Virus record (IMG/VR): IMGVR_UViG_3300043422_000294
Span: 1-26,210 of that record
Length of the DNA stretch: 26,210 nucleotides
Source: a virus
Lineage: Duplodnaviria; Caudoviricetes
Direction: 5' to 3' (one strand)
The translations under genes and the position numbers were made by a program. A model generated the notes under the pieces. That model was not told the origin of the DNA. It made no database searches and saw only the letters and a program-made list of their open reading frames with translations. Shown in pieces: positions 1 to 8,789 of the stretch (its first letter is position 1; every line of letters starts with the position of its first letter).

Positions 1-249
1 CGCTCGGTATCCAGACACAACGCGGGTATCGGTGAGACTTGACTGATAACGCACAGTGATTTGGTGGGAGATTTCGCTGGCCATGCGCTGTGCACTTTCC
101 AGCTCGCGCCCCGTCAAGGGCTGTATGTCGGCCCAAATAGTGGCCACATTCAGCCAAGTGCGGACCGGACCGCCGTAGCTGTCTTGCGCATTGCTCTGTC
201 GCTGCAAGGTAATGCGCCGATTTAACTGACCCGCTCGTAATGAACTCAT
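1..249 (-). CDS. Phage head-closure / head-tail adaptor protein (runs off left edge; not in ORF track)
   Basis: Manual translation from ATG at 249: MSSLRAGQLNRRITLQRQSNAQDSYGGPVRTWLNVATIWADIQPLTGRELESAQ..., typical AG.L..RIT.Q...D..G...W....WA.I.P..GRE pattern; follows connector gene. Confidence 0.88.
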   Translation of the reverse strand, partial: MSSLRAGQLNRRITLQRQSNAQDSYGGPVRTWLNVATIWADIQPLTGRELESAQRMASEISHQITVRYQSSLTDTRVVSGYRA

Positions 250-259
250 GGGATCGCCC

Positions 260-883
260 TCATACGAAAGCGACCTTGTAGGGGTCAAGCAAACCATCAA
301 TAAATGGGAGCGCTTCCACGCGGCCGCGACTTAGAACTGCTATCTCTTCGCGATGGGCATAAAGGCTGCCGACACGCAACTTGATCCAACTCTTGATTCC
401 CTCTGGTACCTGGACGGCACTGCCATACCCGGCATCGAAGGTGACCGATACCGCACCAATCTGCGGCAAGCACACCGGCCAGATCTGACCAAACACGGGA
501 GTGATCCGTGCAGGCTCACAGGCGGTATCCACTGTGTAGGTGGCCCCAGGCATGACCTGCAGAGCAGATCCCATGTCCAAGTAATTGATCGAAACGACAG
601 ACTGCACCGGCGTCTTGAACAACAAAATGGCGTGGCCCGGCAAGCTGAAAGCTTGACCTGCGGGTACGCCCATCAGAGACGGTCCAGGAAAGCAGTCGAG
701 CACTTGCTTCCAGCGGGCAGTGGTGAACTGCCTGCCGGTCAGAGTCTCGGCTGCTTGACGGGCTGCAGTGATGAGCGATGCGATCAGCATGTCATCCTCG
801 TCAAAATCCACCCGCAGATGGAGTTTGGCTTCCCAAAGGGATACCGGCTCCTCAGAAGGTGGGGTGACGAGTTGCAATGGCAT
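260..883 (-). CDS. Head-tail connector protein (HK97 gp6-like)
   Basis: EPVSLWEAKLHLRVD...DDMLIASLITAARQAAE N-terminus and VPEGIK...LYAHRE...LLDPYK C-terminus; position after capsid. Confidence 0.9.
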   Translation of the reverse strand: MPLQLVTPPSEEPVSLWEAKLHLRVDFDEDDMLIASLITAARQAAETLTGRQFTTARWKQVLDCFPGPSLMGVPAGQAFSLPGHAILLFKTPVQSVVSINYLDMGSALQVMPGATYTVDTACEPARITPVFGQIWPVCLPQIGAVSVTFDAGYGSAVQVPEGIKSWIKLRVGSLYAHREEIAVLSRGRVEALPFIDGLLDPYKVAFV

Positions 884-1330
884 TTAGATCACCTGAACCA
901 CAGCAGCCTGATTGCCCACGTCTGCGGGTGCATAGCGGGGGTTGATCCCAAGCAGCTGGGCCGAGGTGATGCTGGCGGCCACGCCAACGGTCACTGTGAC
1001 GCGCACAAAACCAAAGCCGTTCACAGTGTCAAGCTCTTCAGGCTTGACATTGACGAGCAACTGTTTGTTATCACCCGTGGCTTTGACGATCTGGGTGATC
1101 GCTTTGCCGCTGATGTCTTTGGCACCTGTGCCTGAAATGTCCAGCGCCTGCTGCAACTTGGCGTCGACAGTAGCCGACGTGCCAAGCACGCCGGTTTGTA
1201 CCACCGCCAAAAAGGCAAAGTAATTGGCGACTGGCACCCAGCCTGTACTGGCTGCACCAGCCGCCTGCGAAGCAGGATCGATCGTGGCGAGCACTGAAAG
1301 CAGTTCACTGCCTTTTGCATTTGGAAACAT
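884..1330 (-). CDS. Hypothetical virion protein between capsid and connector (possible head decoration/accessory protein)
   Basis: 148 aa, Ala/Val/Thr/Gly-rich; AAAGGAG SD upstream; abuts connector start. Confidence 0.7.
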   Translation of the reverse strand: MFPNAKGSELLSVLATIDPASQAAGAASTGWVPVANYFAFLAVVQTGVLGTSATVDAKLQQALDISGTGAKDISGKAITQIVKATGDNKQLLVNVKPEELDTVNGFGFVRVTVTVGVAASITSAQLLGINPRYAPADVGNQAAVVQVI

Positions 1331-1357
1331 TTGTTTTCTCCTTTGAGGTCTTGGGAT

Positions 1358-2683
1358 TTAGCGAGCGCCAAGCTGAATAAACGGCGACATCGTGGCGCTG
1401 CCCTTGGCGGGCGTGATCGCGGTGGAAATCTTCGATTGGCCATCCATGCGAAAGGTCGTCCTAAATGCGGTCAAGTCCGCATCGAAGTACAAGTGCATGG
1501 ACGTGGCGGTCTGCATGCCACCCGCTTTGGTGATGGTCTGGTAATACTTCAGGTCCACCAGCAAGATGTCACCCTGTGCGGAGAAGGTGTTGGCGTGTTG
1601 GGACACAAACACCGGGCGACCCAGCAGCGTGCCGTAGGGAGAGACCTGAATACCGCCAACGTTCAATCCGGTTGGCAGGTAGATCGGGTAGTTACCCAAG
1701 GTCAGGGTGAACAATGCTGGCAACACGTCGTTGTTGACAATCCACACCGCGTTGGCGAATGAGCCTGTCGGCAGACGCGCAATCATCTTGGCCAGGTTTT
1801 GCGGAAGCAGCGTTTGCGTCAACTGCCCAGTCTCCTTGGCCACATTGACCGTAGCGCCAGCATTGAGCGCGCCTACCGGTACGCCAGAGCCCGACCCGAA
1901 CAGGATGGATTCATTGGTTTTCCAGCGAATGGACAGTGCAATTTTTTCGGGCAGATAGGTCGACAAGGCATTGGCGTCTTCCAGCAACTCATCAGTCGTC
2001 GGCACCAGGGCCATCAACTTCTTCAGCCGCAACGTAGACAGTCCCAACACGGGCTTGGTGGTGACCGCAGGAGCCGCTTCGCCTTGCCAGTAAGCGCGAA
2101 TGCCGTTGGTGCCCCAGGGTGTGGTTTCATCTTTGGGAAACGCCATGGTGTTTCCGCTGATTTCCACGTTATCGGTCAGCGGCAGCAACGAGTCCTCGCC
2201 CAAAGACAGCTGAAAAATCTCCTTTGAGAACTGTGGCGGTACAAAGAAGCCACCGTCTTGGCCAGAGCCTTCACTGCCAAAGGTGGCTGGAGCGGCAGCA
2301 CCACGACCGCTGCCAATCAGCAGGCGATCGTCTATCGGGTTGCCTGGCTTTTGCGCATGGCAGACGTTTTGCAAAAAGTCACCCAAGCTCTGAAAGCCAT
2401 GTTTGGGATCAAGTTCTCGGTTGTCGCTCACCATCACACTGGGGAAAGCGGAACCATGACCAGCTCCCAGATGGATACCCATCTGGGCTTCCTCAGAAAT
2501 CAAGGCCGATTCGCGGTCAATAGCCGCCGAAGCGGTTTCAATTCGACTCTTAAGTCCATTGAACTTGATCACTTCCTCATCTGAGAGATCTCGGTTTTCT
2601 TGTGCGGCGATGTCGGTTAAGGCACGCGCCTCTTTGACAAGGTCAGACTTGCGAGCTTGAAGCTCGCGCAATTGCTTACTCAT
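1358..2683 (-). CDS. Major capsid protein, HK97 fold with N-terminal coiled-coil delta domain
   Basis: Start at MSKQLRELQ (GGAG SD); DGGFFVP, AYWQGE, ELLED, TLLGRPV, FRMDGQ motifs. Confidence 0.95.
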   Translation of the reverse strand: MSKQLRELQARKSDLVKEARALTDIAAQENRDLSDEEVIKFNGLKSRIETASAAIDRESALISEEAQMGIHLGAGHGSAFPSVMVSDNRELDPKHGFQSLGDFLQNVCHAQKPGNPIDDRLLIGSGRGAAAPATFGSEGSGQDGGFFVPPQFSKEIFQLSLGEDSLLPLTDNVEISGNTMAFPKDETTPWGTNGIRAYWQGEAAPAVTTKPVLGLSTLRLKKLMALVPTTDELLEDANALSTYLPEKIALSIRWKTNESILFGSGSGVPVGALNAGATVNVAKETGQLTQTLLPQNLAKMIARLPTGSFANAVWIVNNDVLPALFTLTLGNYPIYLPTGLNVGGIQVSPYGTLLGRPVFVSQHANTFSAQGDILLVDLKYYQTITKAGGMQTATSMHLYFDADLTAFRTTFRMDGQSKISTAITPAKGSATMSPFIQLGAR

Positions 2684-2701
2684 TTGGGTTTCTCCAGACG
2701 T

Positions 2702-2724
2702 AAAAAAGCCACCTCTTGGGTGGC
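2702..2724 (-). terminator. Intrinsic terminator-like hairpin upstream of the capsid SD
   Basis: Minus strand GCCACC-caaga-GGTGGC followed by TTTTTT. Confidence 0.7.
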
Positions 2725-2773
2725 GGGATTTCAAAGATTAAAAAATGCGCGAAGCTAGTCGAGCATCAAGGTT

Positions 2774-2833
2774 GCGACCTACGGGTCGCCGTTCGGACTG
2801 GAGGTGCTCAACGGAGCAACTCCTGAGCAGTCC
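2774..2833. other. Two adjacent stem-loops in protease-capsid intergenic region
   Basis: GCGACC-tacg-GGTCGC (2774-2789); GGACT/AGTCC stem enclosing GGAG/CTCC and TGCTC-aacg-GAGCA (2795-2833). Confidence 0.55.
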
Positions 2834-2836
2834 AAA

Positions 2837-3781
2837 TTACAAAATCCCAAGCTCAGTGCGGGCTTGGGCCAAGCGGGAAGTTTTGGGTTTGACAGTTGGA
2901 CTGGCCTTAGCACTTAACGCTGCATCTTTTTGCATCTTGCTCAAGACCTGATCAAAGCTGGCGATGCCGTCCACCATGTTTTGTGCCAAAGCCGCATCAG
3001 CGCCCAAGACACGGCCTTGGCCCATGCCCTCTCGTACCTGAGTGATGGGCACACCACGTCCCTTAGCCACAGCCTTGGTGAACGATGCGTAATAGTCATC
3101 AACGCGGGACTGCATAAATCCTTGTGCTTCTTCGTCCAGGGGAGCGTATGGATTGCCCTCGACCTTGAACTTGCCCGCCGATATGAGCGTGGTTTTAACG
3201 CCTGCCTCATCCATGGCTTTGCTGTAGTCCTGGTGTGCCTGCCACACGCCAATTGAGCCGACTTCGCCACCGGCGGTGACGTAGAACTCACTGGCCTGGG
3301 AGCCGACCCAGTAAGCGGCCGAAGCTGCCAGACTGTTCGCAATCGCCACCACGGGCTTTTGTGCACGGGCACTCAAAATGGCATCGCTCAACTCAGAGAC
3401 GCCATAGACACTGCCGCCCGGGCTGTCGATATCGAGCAGAATCTGACTGACCGCCTCATCGGCAACGGCTTGTCTGAGCATTTGGGTGACGATCTGGGTG
3501 CTGACCATGCCAGGGCCGGAGACGTCATCCACCATATTTCCACGCTGTGTGATGACGCCGTAAATAGGGATGACGGCAATGCCACCACCCGAAATGGCAG
3601 CCGAGGTCTGTCTGCGGGTGTCCCGCAGAACACGGTCTGTTTGGACCTGAAACATGGCAGCGTCGCTGGCAGGCACGCCTTGTGACCAGCGTGAAATGAC
3701 AGTGGCCAGAGCACTTAATCGCTCAGGCATCAAGGCCCAAGGCGTTGCCATAAATTCAGCGACTAATAGTTGGTTTTTCAT
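2837..3781 (-). CDS. S49 (SppA/ClpP-like) prohead maturation protease
   Basis: Start MKNQLL in ATGA overlap with portal stop; LDIDSPGG, AASAAYW, VGSIGV, AGKFK, MVDGIASFD motifs. Confidence 0.93.
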   Translation of the reverse strand: MKNQLLVAEFMATPWALMPERLSALATVISRWSQGVPASDAAMFQVQTDRVLRDTRRQTSAAISGGGIAVIPIYGVITQRGNMVDDVSGPGMVSTQIVTQMLRQAVADEAVSQILLDIDSPGGSVYGVSELSDAILSARAQKPVVAIANSLAASAAYWVGSQASEFYVTAGGEVGSIGVWQAHQDYSKAMDEAGVKTTLISAGKFKVEGNPYAPLDEEAQGFMQSRVDDYYASFTKAVAKGRGVPITQVREGMGQGRVLGADAALAQNMVDGIASFDQVLSKMQKDAALSAKASPTVKPKTSRLAQARTELGIL

Positions 3782-5295
3782 AAATTCTGTCCAAGGGAGA
3801 TAAGTGATTCGGTGAGCTGTTTTTGATCTAGCGGCTCGTCTATTTGGCTTGCCCAAAGCTGAACCTGGTCTAGCGGTACGGCCAAGGCTTGGGAGATCAA
3901 CAAGATGTCTTTTTCTGCCACATGATCTGATCGGCCGATGCGGCGAGCAAGTCGCTCAGAGGTCGTTTTAACAAGGGCGCTATATCGCCCACTGAGTCGA
4001 GTAACACTCTCATCCTCCGAATGCTCGATCGCTTTTTGCTCCGGTGGCTCTGCCGCTTCTGCTTGTGTATCGATTTCCAAATCCTCTGCCGCGTTCTCCT
4101 CGACCATATTGAGTGGTCGTAGTGGCTGATCAAGTCCTTCAATGGGATTAAGGTTTTCTGCAATGCGTGCTTCGTTGCGCGTCAGCCAGCCGTTTTGAAT
4201 TCCACTTTGGTAGTAGCTTGAGCGGCTGGACGCATCACCGCGCATCAGATTGGCAAAATCAAACTCAATCTCTATATCGTCACTCTCAAGAAGTAACTCA
4301 GATTGAATGCTGGCCTCCCAGCGCTCAGCCCAGGGCGTCATGGTGTGCATGACGAACTCCAAACTCTGCTGCTCGATGTTGGAGAAGGTCGCTCTATCAA
4401 GATCAGCAATCATGTGCGGTGGCACACGAAAGAGCCTGGCCACGTCGGTGATCTGAAACTTGCGCAGCTCCAGAAACTGGGCGTCTTTGTTTGTGACGCC
4501 CACTTCGTGAAACTTCATGCCGTTCTCCAACACCAGGACCTTGCCCCGGTTGGAGCCGGACTGCGCCTGCTGATAAGACTCACGAAACACCTTCTTGGCC
4601 TCGGAGTCCTTGAACGAGCCAGGGAATTCAATCCACCCTCCTGTGGGCTTGGCGTCATTGGCAAAGAAACGTGCGCCGTAGCCTTGGGCTGCTAGTGCAG
4701 TACCCAGATTCTCCCGGGCAAGCTCAATCGGGCTCATACCCATCAACCCATCTGAAGATAGGCCACGCAAATGCCAGACCTCACCTCTTGGCAAGATCAC
4801 CTCAGTGCCAGAGCGGTCACTAATTCGGTAGCGGTATTCACCTGAGGGCAACAACTCAATCTTGACCCGGTCCGGATGTATCGGCATGAGTTCGATGATC
4901 TCGCCACGCGGGTTGGTGATGATCTGGTTGTAGGCGTTACCTCGCAAAGCCAGGTGGCCTTGCAGCATCTCGCGCCACTCGAATGGATTTTGAAACCGGT
5001 TCGGCCGCTTGGCCATCAATCGGTAAAGCCAGTGGTCCGTGACCCTGTCCTTGCCGCCGTCAGGGCGACGCTGGTAAACCACCAACGGCAGTGATGCAAT
5101 TGTTTCGGCCAGGATCCGTACACATGCATACACAGCAGCTAGGCGAAGCGCGCTATCGGGCGAGACGCGCATGCCACTGCCACTTCGCGCAGATATCGAC
5201 TCAAATGAAAAGTCACCCCATAGCGAACGATCTCCACCTGAGGCGTTGGAACTACCAGATCCTCGATAGCGATCAAAAAAGCTAAACAGTCCCAT
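3778..5295 (-). CDS. Phage portal protein, HK97 family, with acidic C-terminal extension
   Basis: AVYACVRILAETIASLP, LRGNAY, PIHPDRV, AQFLELRKFQ, FRVPPHMI, SNIEQQ, TRNEAR motifs. Confidence 0.96.
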   Translation of the reverse strand: MGLFSFFDRYRGSGSSNASGGDRSLWGDFSFESISARSGSGMRVSPDSALRLAAVYACVRILAETIASLPLVVYQRRPDGGKDRVTDHWLYRLMAKRPNRFQNPFEWREMLQGHLALRGNAYNQIITNPRGEIIELMPIHPDRVKIELLPSGEYRYRISDRSGTEVILPRGEVWHLRGLSSDGLMGMSPIELARENLGTALAAQGYGARFFANDAKPTGGWIEFPGSFKDSEAKKVFRESYQQAQSGSNRGKVLVLENGMKFHEVGVTNKDAQFLELRKFQITDVARLFRVPPHMIADLDRATFSNIEQQSLEFVMHTMTPWAERWEASIQSELLLESDDIEIEFDFANLMRGDASSRSSYYQSGIQNGWLTRNEARIAENLNPIEGLDQPLRPLNMVEENAAEDLEIDTQAEAAEPPEQKAIEHSEDESVTRLSGRYSALVKTTSERLARRIGRSDHVAEKDILLISQALAVPLDQVQLWASQIDEPLDQKQLTESLISLGQNL

Positions 5296-5299
5296 CAGT

Positions 5300-7030
5300 T
5301 CAAAGCAGCATGAGTTCGTAGTCGGATCCCAGCACCACCGAGTCCCCCGGTTTGATCGCGCGCGAAAGCGCCATGATCAGTGCCACGATTCCGTCGATCT
5401 TGTTTTCTGCTCGCTCCTTACGCGGGTAAATGTTGTCTTTGGCATCCAGGTGGGCCACTACGTTGCTGACCATCCAGCCCAGCACCGGGTCCCCGTCGTG
5501 GACCAATTTCTTTTGAAGCACCAGGGCTTCAAGCGTTTTCATCGGCTCTGAAAAGTTCAGCACCGTCGGACGCACTTCAATCATGGGCAGACCCTCACTC
5601 ATCATTCGGGTCGAGAGTTGCGTCGCCTGAAACGGATCAAATGCAACGGCCTGCACCGCAAAGCGCGAGGACAGATCATTCAAGTCAGCTTCGATCCAAC
5701 TGAAATCAATCACATTGCCCGGCGTCACGGTGAGGCGTCCGGTGTGCATCCACCCCGGGTACTGGCTGTTACCGTTGGCATTGACCGTGTCCTCTGGCAG
5801 GTAGTACTTTCCAAAGACCGCGAATGCGTCGGCGATCTCAGGATGGGCAAACACGATCACCAAGGCGGCAATGTCCGTCTTACTGGCCAGGTCCAGGCCC
5901 ACCCAGCAGGGCTGGCCCGCAAAGGACTCGATGTCCAGGTCCTGATCAGCGCAGGCGTCCCAGGATCGCATGTCCATCCATGCAGTGTCGGCGTTGACCC
6001 ACTCGTTCAAGTGTTTGGTCTTGAAGTTGTTCATCGCACTGGGCAACTGCATGGCCTTGGCCTGCAGCGGTCCCAGAATTTCCGGGCGCACCGAGATGCC
6101 CCAGTTGGGGTTGGCCTTCATCAGCGAGTCTTCGCTGGTCCAGTCGTCCCCATCGTCCAGCCCGTAGACGATGCCAAACTGGCTGTCATCCTCAAACACG
6201 CCATCGAGCAGCCGGGTCACAAAGGTGCGCACCTCGTAGCAAATGCCTGAGCGGTTGCTGCCTGCGGTGGTGATCACCCACAGAAGTGAGTTGTCTCGTT
6301 TGCCGGTACCGGTCTCCACCACGTCATAGACAGTGCGGGTCTTGTGGGCATGCAATTCATCGATACAACCGAAGTGAATGTTCAGGCCATCGAGCGTTGA
6401 ACCCTCGGCTGAAAGCGCTTCAAACTTGGATCCCGTCTGCAGCACGTTCATGTTGTGCGCGCCGACGTTGACAGAAAACCGACTCCGAAACCCTTGTGAC
6501 CTGCGCGCCATGGTCTGCGCATCACCAAAAACAATGCGAGCCTGGTCGCGGGTGGTGGCCAAGGAATAAACCTCGGCACCGCCTTCGCCGTCAGCGGCCA
6601 GCATGTACAAAGCAAGCGCAGACGACAGCGTCGACTTGGCGTTGCCGCGTGGCACCTCGATGTACGAGCGCCGAAAGCGGCGATTGCCGTCGGGCTTGAC
6701 CCAGCCGAACACGGTGGTCAGGATGAACACCTGCCAGGGTTCTAACTTGATCGTCTCACCTGCCAGCGGCCCTTTGACGTGGGGCAGCCGCTCAATGAAC
6801 GCGCACAGGTTGTCGGCGGGATGGAACTTCCGCCCGTCCTTGTCGGTGAGCTTTGGGTTGAACTGGTAGGGACTTGCCTTGCCCTTGAACTTAGCCAGAT
6901 CGTTCAACTGTCGTTGGCATGCACGCTGGACCCATTTGCAGGTCAGGATGTCACCGGCAACGACTGCTTGCGCATACTTTCGGGCGACTGCTGCGTAGCT
7001 TTGCAGCCGACCTAGACCGTGTACATCCAT
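5300..7030 (-). CDS. terL: Terminase large subunit (start uncertain: ATG 7030 or TTG 7078)
   Basis: LEPWQ Q-motif, Walker A variant VPRGNAKST, Walker B CIDELHAH, ITTAG coupling motif, nuclease GLDLAS...KIDGIVALIMA. Confidence 0.95.
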   Translation of the reverse strand: MDVHGLGRLQSYAAVARKYAQAVVAGDILTCKWVQRACQRQLNDLAKFKGKASPYQFNPKLTDKDGRKFHPADNLCAFIERLPHVKGPLAGETIKLEPWQVFILTTVFGWVKPDGNRRFRRSYIEVPRGNAKSTLSSALALYMLAADGEGGAEVYSLATTRDQARIVFGDAQTMARRSQGFRSRFSVNVGAHNMNVLQTGSKFEALSAEGSTLDGLNIHFGCIDELHAHKTRTVYDVVETGTGKRDNSLLWVITTAGSNRSGICYEVRTFVTRLLDGVFEDDSQFGIVYGLDDGDDWTSEDSLMKANPNWGISVRPEILGPLQAKAMQLPSAMNNFKTKHLNEWVNADTAWMDMRSWDACADQDLDIESFAGQPCWVGLDLASKTDIAALVIVFAHPEIADAFAVFGKYYLPEDTVNANGNSQYPGWMHTGRLTVTPGNVIDFSWIEADLNDLSSRFAVQAVAFDPFQATQLSTRMMSEGLPMIEVRPTVLNFSEPMKTLEALVLQKKLVHDGDPVLGWMVSNVVAHLDAKDNIYPRKERAENKIDGIVALIMALSRAIKPGDSVVLGSDYELMLL

Positions 7031-7075
7031 GTGTTTACATTCACTTCTTCTTGGGTTAAGATGTACACGTACATC
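7018..7075 (+). promoter_or_regulatory. vapBC sigma70 promoter with palindromic operator
   Basis: TTTACA (7034-7039)-17 bp-TAAGAT (7057-7062); palindrome GATGTAC-ac-GTACATC (7060-7075) overlapping the -10; perfect 10-bp inverted repeat CGTGTACATC (7018-7027)/GATGTACACG (7060-7069). Confidence 0.75.
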
Positions 7076-7090
7076 CAAACGGGGTTCACC

Positions 7091-7327
7091 ATGGCCAACA
7101 CCAAACTTTTCAAGAACGGCAACTCCCAGGCCGTTCGCATTCCTGCCGAACTTGCTTACAGCACGTGGGACGTTGACTTGGTCATCGAGCGCCAGGGGGA
7201 CGAGTTGCGCATCCGTCCAGCCCAGCGCCGTATGGGCGATGTGCTGGGCAAACTTGCCAAGTTCTCTCCGGACTTCATGGCCCAGGGGCGTGGCGAAAAC
7301 ATTGAGGGCGAGCGAGAAGCTTTATGA
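7091..7327 (+). CDS. vapB: VapB/VagC antitoxin (AbrB/MazE-type DNA-binding domain)
   Basis: Start MANTKLFKNGNSQAVRIPAE, V.IER.GDELRIRP; ATGA overlap with vapC. Confidence 0.92.
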   Translation: MANTKLFKNGNSQAVRIPAELAYSTWDVDLVIERQGDELRIRPAQRRMGDVLGKLAKFSPDFMAQGRGENIEGEREAL

Positions 7328-7737
7328 ATCCGAAGTACATGCTCGACACCAACATCTGCATCTACCTCATGAAGCATCAGCCGCCTGAGGTGCGCGAGCG
7401 GTTTGCCCAGTGCTTTGTGGGCGACGTTGTTATTTCTGCTGTTACTTTGGCTGAGCTTGAGTTTGGTATCGCCTGCTCAAGCACTGCGGCACAGGAATCC
7501 AACCGGTCGGCACTGGAGAGCTTGCTTGACGACATCAAGGTTGCGCCTTTTGATGCACAAGCTGCCAAGTCCTATGGCCCCATCCGCGCAGCCTACAAAG
7601 ATCGCAACCGCGATGCCCTTGACAAACTCATCGCATCCCATGCGGTCGCTTTAGGAGTGACACTGGTTACCAACAACGAAGCCGACTTTGTGAACTACGC
7701 TGGATTGCGTGTTGAAAACTGGGTAAGCAACCACTAA
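7324..7737 (+). CDS. vapC: VapC PIN-domain ribonuclease toxin
   Basis: YMLDTNICIY, ISAVTLAELEFG, DKLIASHA, LVTNNEADF, ENW motifs. Confidence 0.95.
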   Translation: MNPKYMLDTNICIYLMKHQPPEVRERFAQCFVGDVVISAVTLAELEFGIACSSTAAQESNRSALESLLDDIKVAPFDAQAAKSYGPIRAAYKDRNRDALDKLIASHAVALGVTLVTNNEADFVNYAGLRVENWVSNH

Positions 7738-7782
7738 GATCAAATTTCTTTGACCCCATCCATGATTCATAAGGCCACTTCC

Positions 7783-7974
7783 ATGACTAGCACACCACAG
7801 GTGAAGACACCGGCACTGGCTCAGGACCGCTTGGATCAAGTCCGGTTTACGATTGACGAGGAACAAATGCGAAAGTTTGTAGCGCTTTTGGATGCTCCCC
7901 CGTTAAACAAACCCAGACTGGCCGCGTTGATGTCCACCCCATCGCCATGGGAACAAAAAACAGACCCACGCTGA
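7783..7974 (+). CDS. Truncated DUF1778 (TacA-like) antitoxin C-terminal domain, orphan
   Basis: LDQVRFTIDEEQMRKFVALLDAPPLNKPRLAALMSTPSPWE resembles the DUF1778 C-terminus; no N-terminal RHH; AAGG upstream of ATG 7783 (alternative start 7762). Confidence 0.65.
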   Translation: MTSTPQVKTPALAQDRLDQVRFTIDEEQMRKFVALLDAPPLNKPRLAALMSTPSPWEQKTDPR

Positions 7975-8000
7975 AAAGCGGCAGGCTATCCTCAGCCTGC
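7969..8000. terminator. Hairpins at convergence of TA operon and terS (possible weak bidirectional terminator)
   Basis: GCAGGCT-atcctc-AGCCTGC (7981-8000) followed on minus strand by CGCTTTT; small CGCT-gaaa-AGCG hairpin at 7969-7980. Confidence 0.4.
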
Positions 8001-8450
8001 AATATCCGCCCAGGGATCGAGATCGATTTGGGTATCTGTGGGCTGCGTGATGCGCGAGCGCGAAGCTGGGGTAAAGCCCATCTCCACCGCCGCCTTGGTC
8101 ATGATCTGAGCCTGCTTGTTCGCGATGGCCAGGTACGGCGACTGCATCGGCACACCCGTGTTCGGCGCTTTGATCAGCAGGCCCGTCTTGGTAATTCCGA
8201 TCTGAGCCTTGCGGTACAGGTCCGCAGCGCAGGACCAGACTTCCAACACGGACATATCGAGTTTGCGCAGCAAATGTTCGGGCGCGCTGTCAATGGCATA
8301 GCGCCAGGCTTGCTTGGCACCATCTGACATGTACTCGGGCGGCGCAACCAGATCCCCTTGGGGCTGTGGCTCATGCGGGTTGGTCCTGCACTTTTGCAGG
8401 GTTCCCCTGAGCTTTTTGATCTCCGTGGGAAGTGGTTTTCGTCCGGCCAT
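7992..8450 (-). CDS. terS: Terminase small subunit, P27 family
   Basis: MAGRKPLPTEIKKLRG, PPEYMSD.AK.AW, QSPYLAI, EMGFTPASRSRI motifs. Confidence 0.93.
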   Translation of the reverse strand: MAGRKPLPTEIKKLRGTLQKCRTNPHEPQPQGDLVAPPEYMSDGAKQAWRYAIDSAPEHLLRKLDMSVLEVWSCAADLYRKAQIGITKTGLLIKAPNTGVPMQSPYLAIANKQAQIMTKAAVEMGFTPASRSRITQPTDTQIDLDPWADIAG

Positions 8451-8510
8451 CTGGGTTCAGTCGTTGGTAATCGTTAATATTGAGGCTTCAAACCCACCGG
8501 AAAACTCCCA

Positions 8511-8738
8511 GTGCGCAAAGCCGACGTCATCGCTAAATGCCTCGTTCAGTCCGCTCTTGCGGCTGATCTGAAGGCTGGGCGCGAGGCGGTCCGATCAGCC
8601 TTCGACAAGAGCGTGACGGACAAGAGCTTTTCCAAATGGAACAGCGTCGTTGAAGAAAACGTTGCCAACTCCATCATTCGCTCGGTGGGGAAATCCAAAG
8701 CGATCAACATCGAAAAGTTCATCGCCGATCTCAACTGA
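8511..8738 (+). CDS. Hypothetical protein (moron) between terS and putative cos, opposite strand
   Basis: 75-aa ORF occupying intergenic space, globular-looking composition, AT-rich upstream stretch (TTAATATT at ~8474). Confidence 0.6.
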   Translation: MRKADVIAKCLVQSALAADLKAGREAVRSAFDKSVTDKSFSKWNSVVEENVANSIIRSVGKSKAINIEKFIADLN

Positions 8739-8789
8739 TCAGCAGGTTGTGCCCACCGGCCATGCCTGGTATCAGGCCGCCTGCGGGGC

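Noticed and set aside
7004-7996. GGCTG at the terS end and terL beginning as a target-site duplication
   Set aside because: Only 5 bp, no transposase or terminal repeats, and removal does not restore a sensible start or frame
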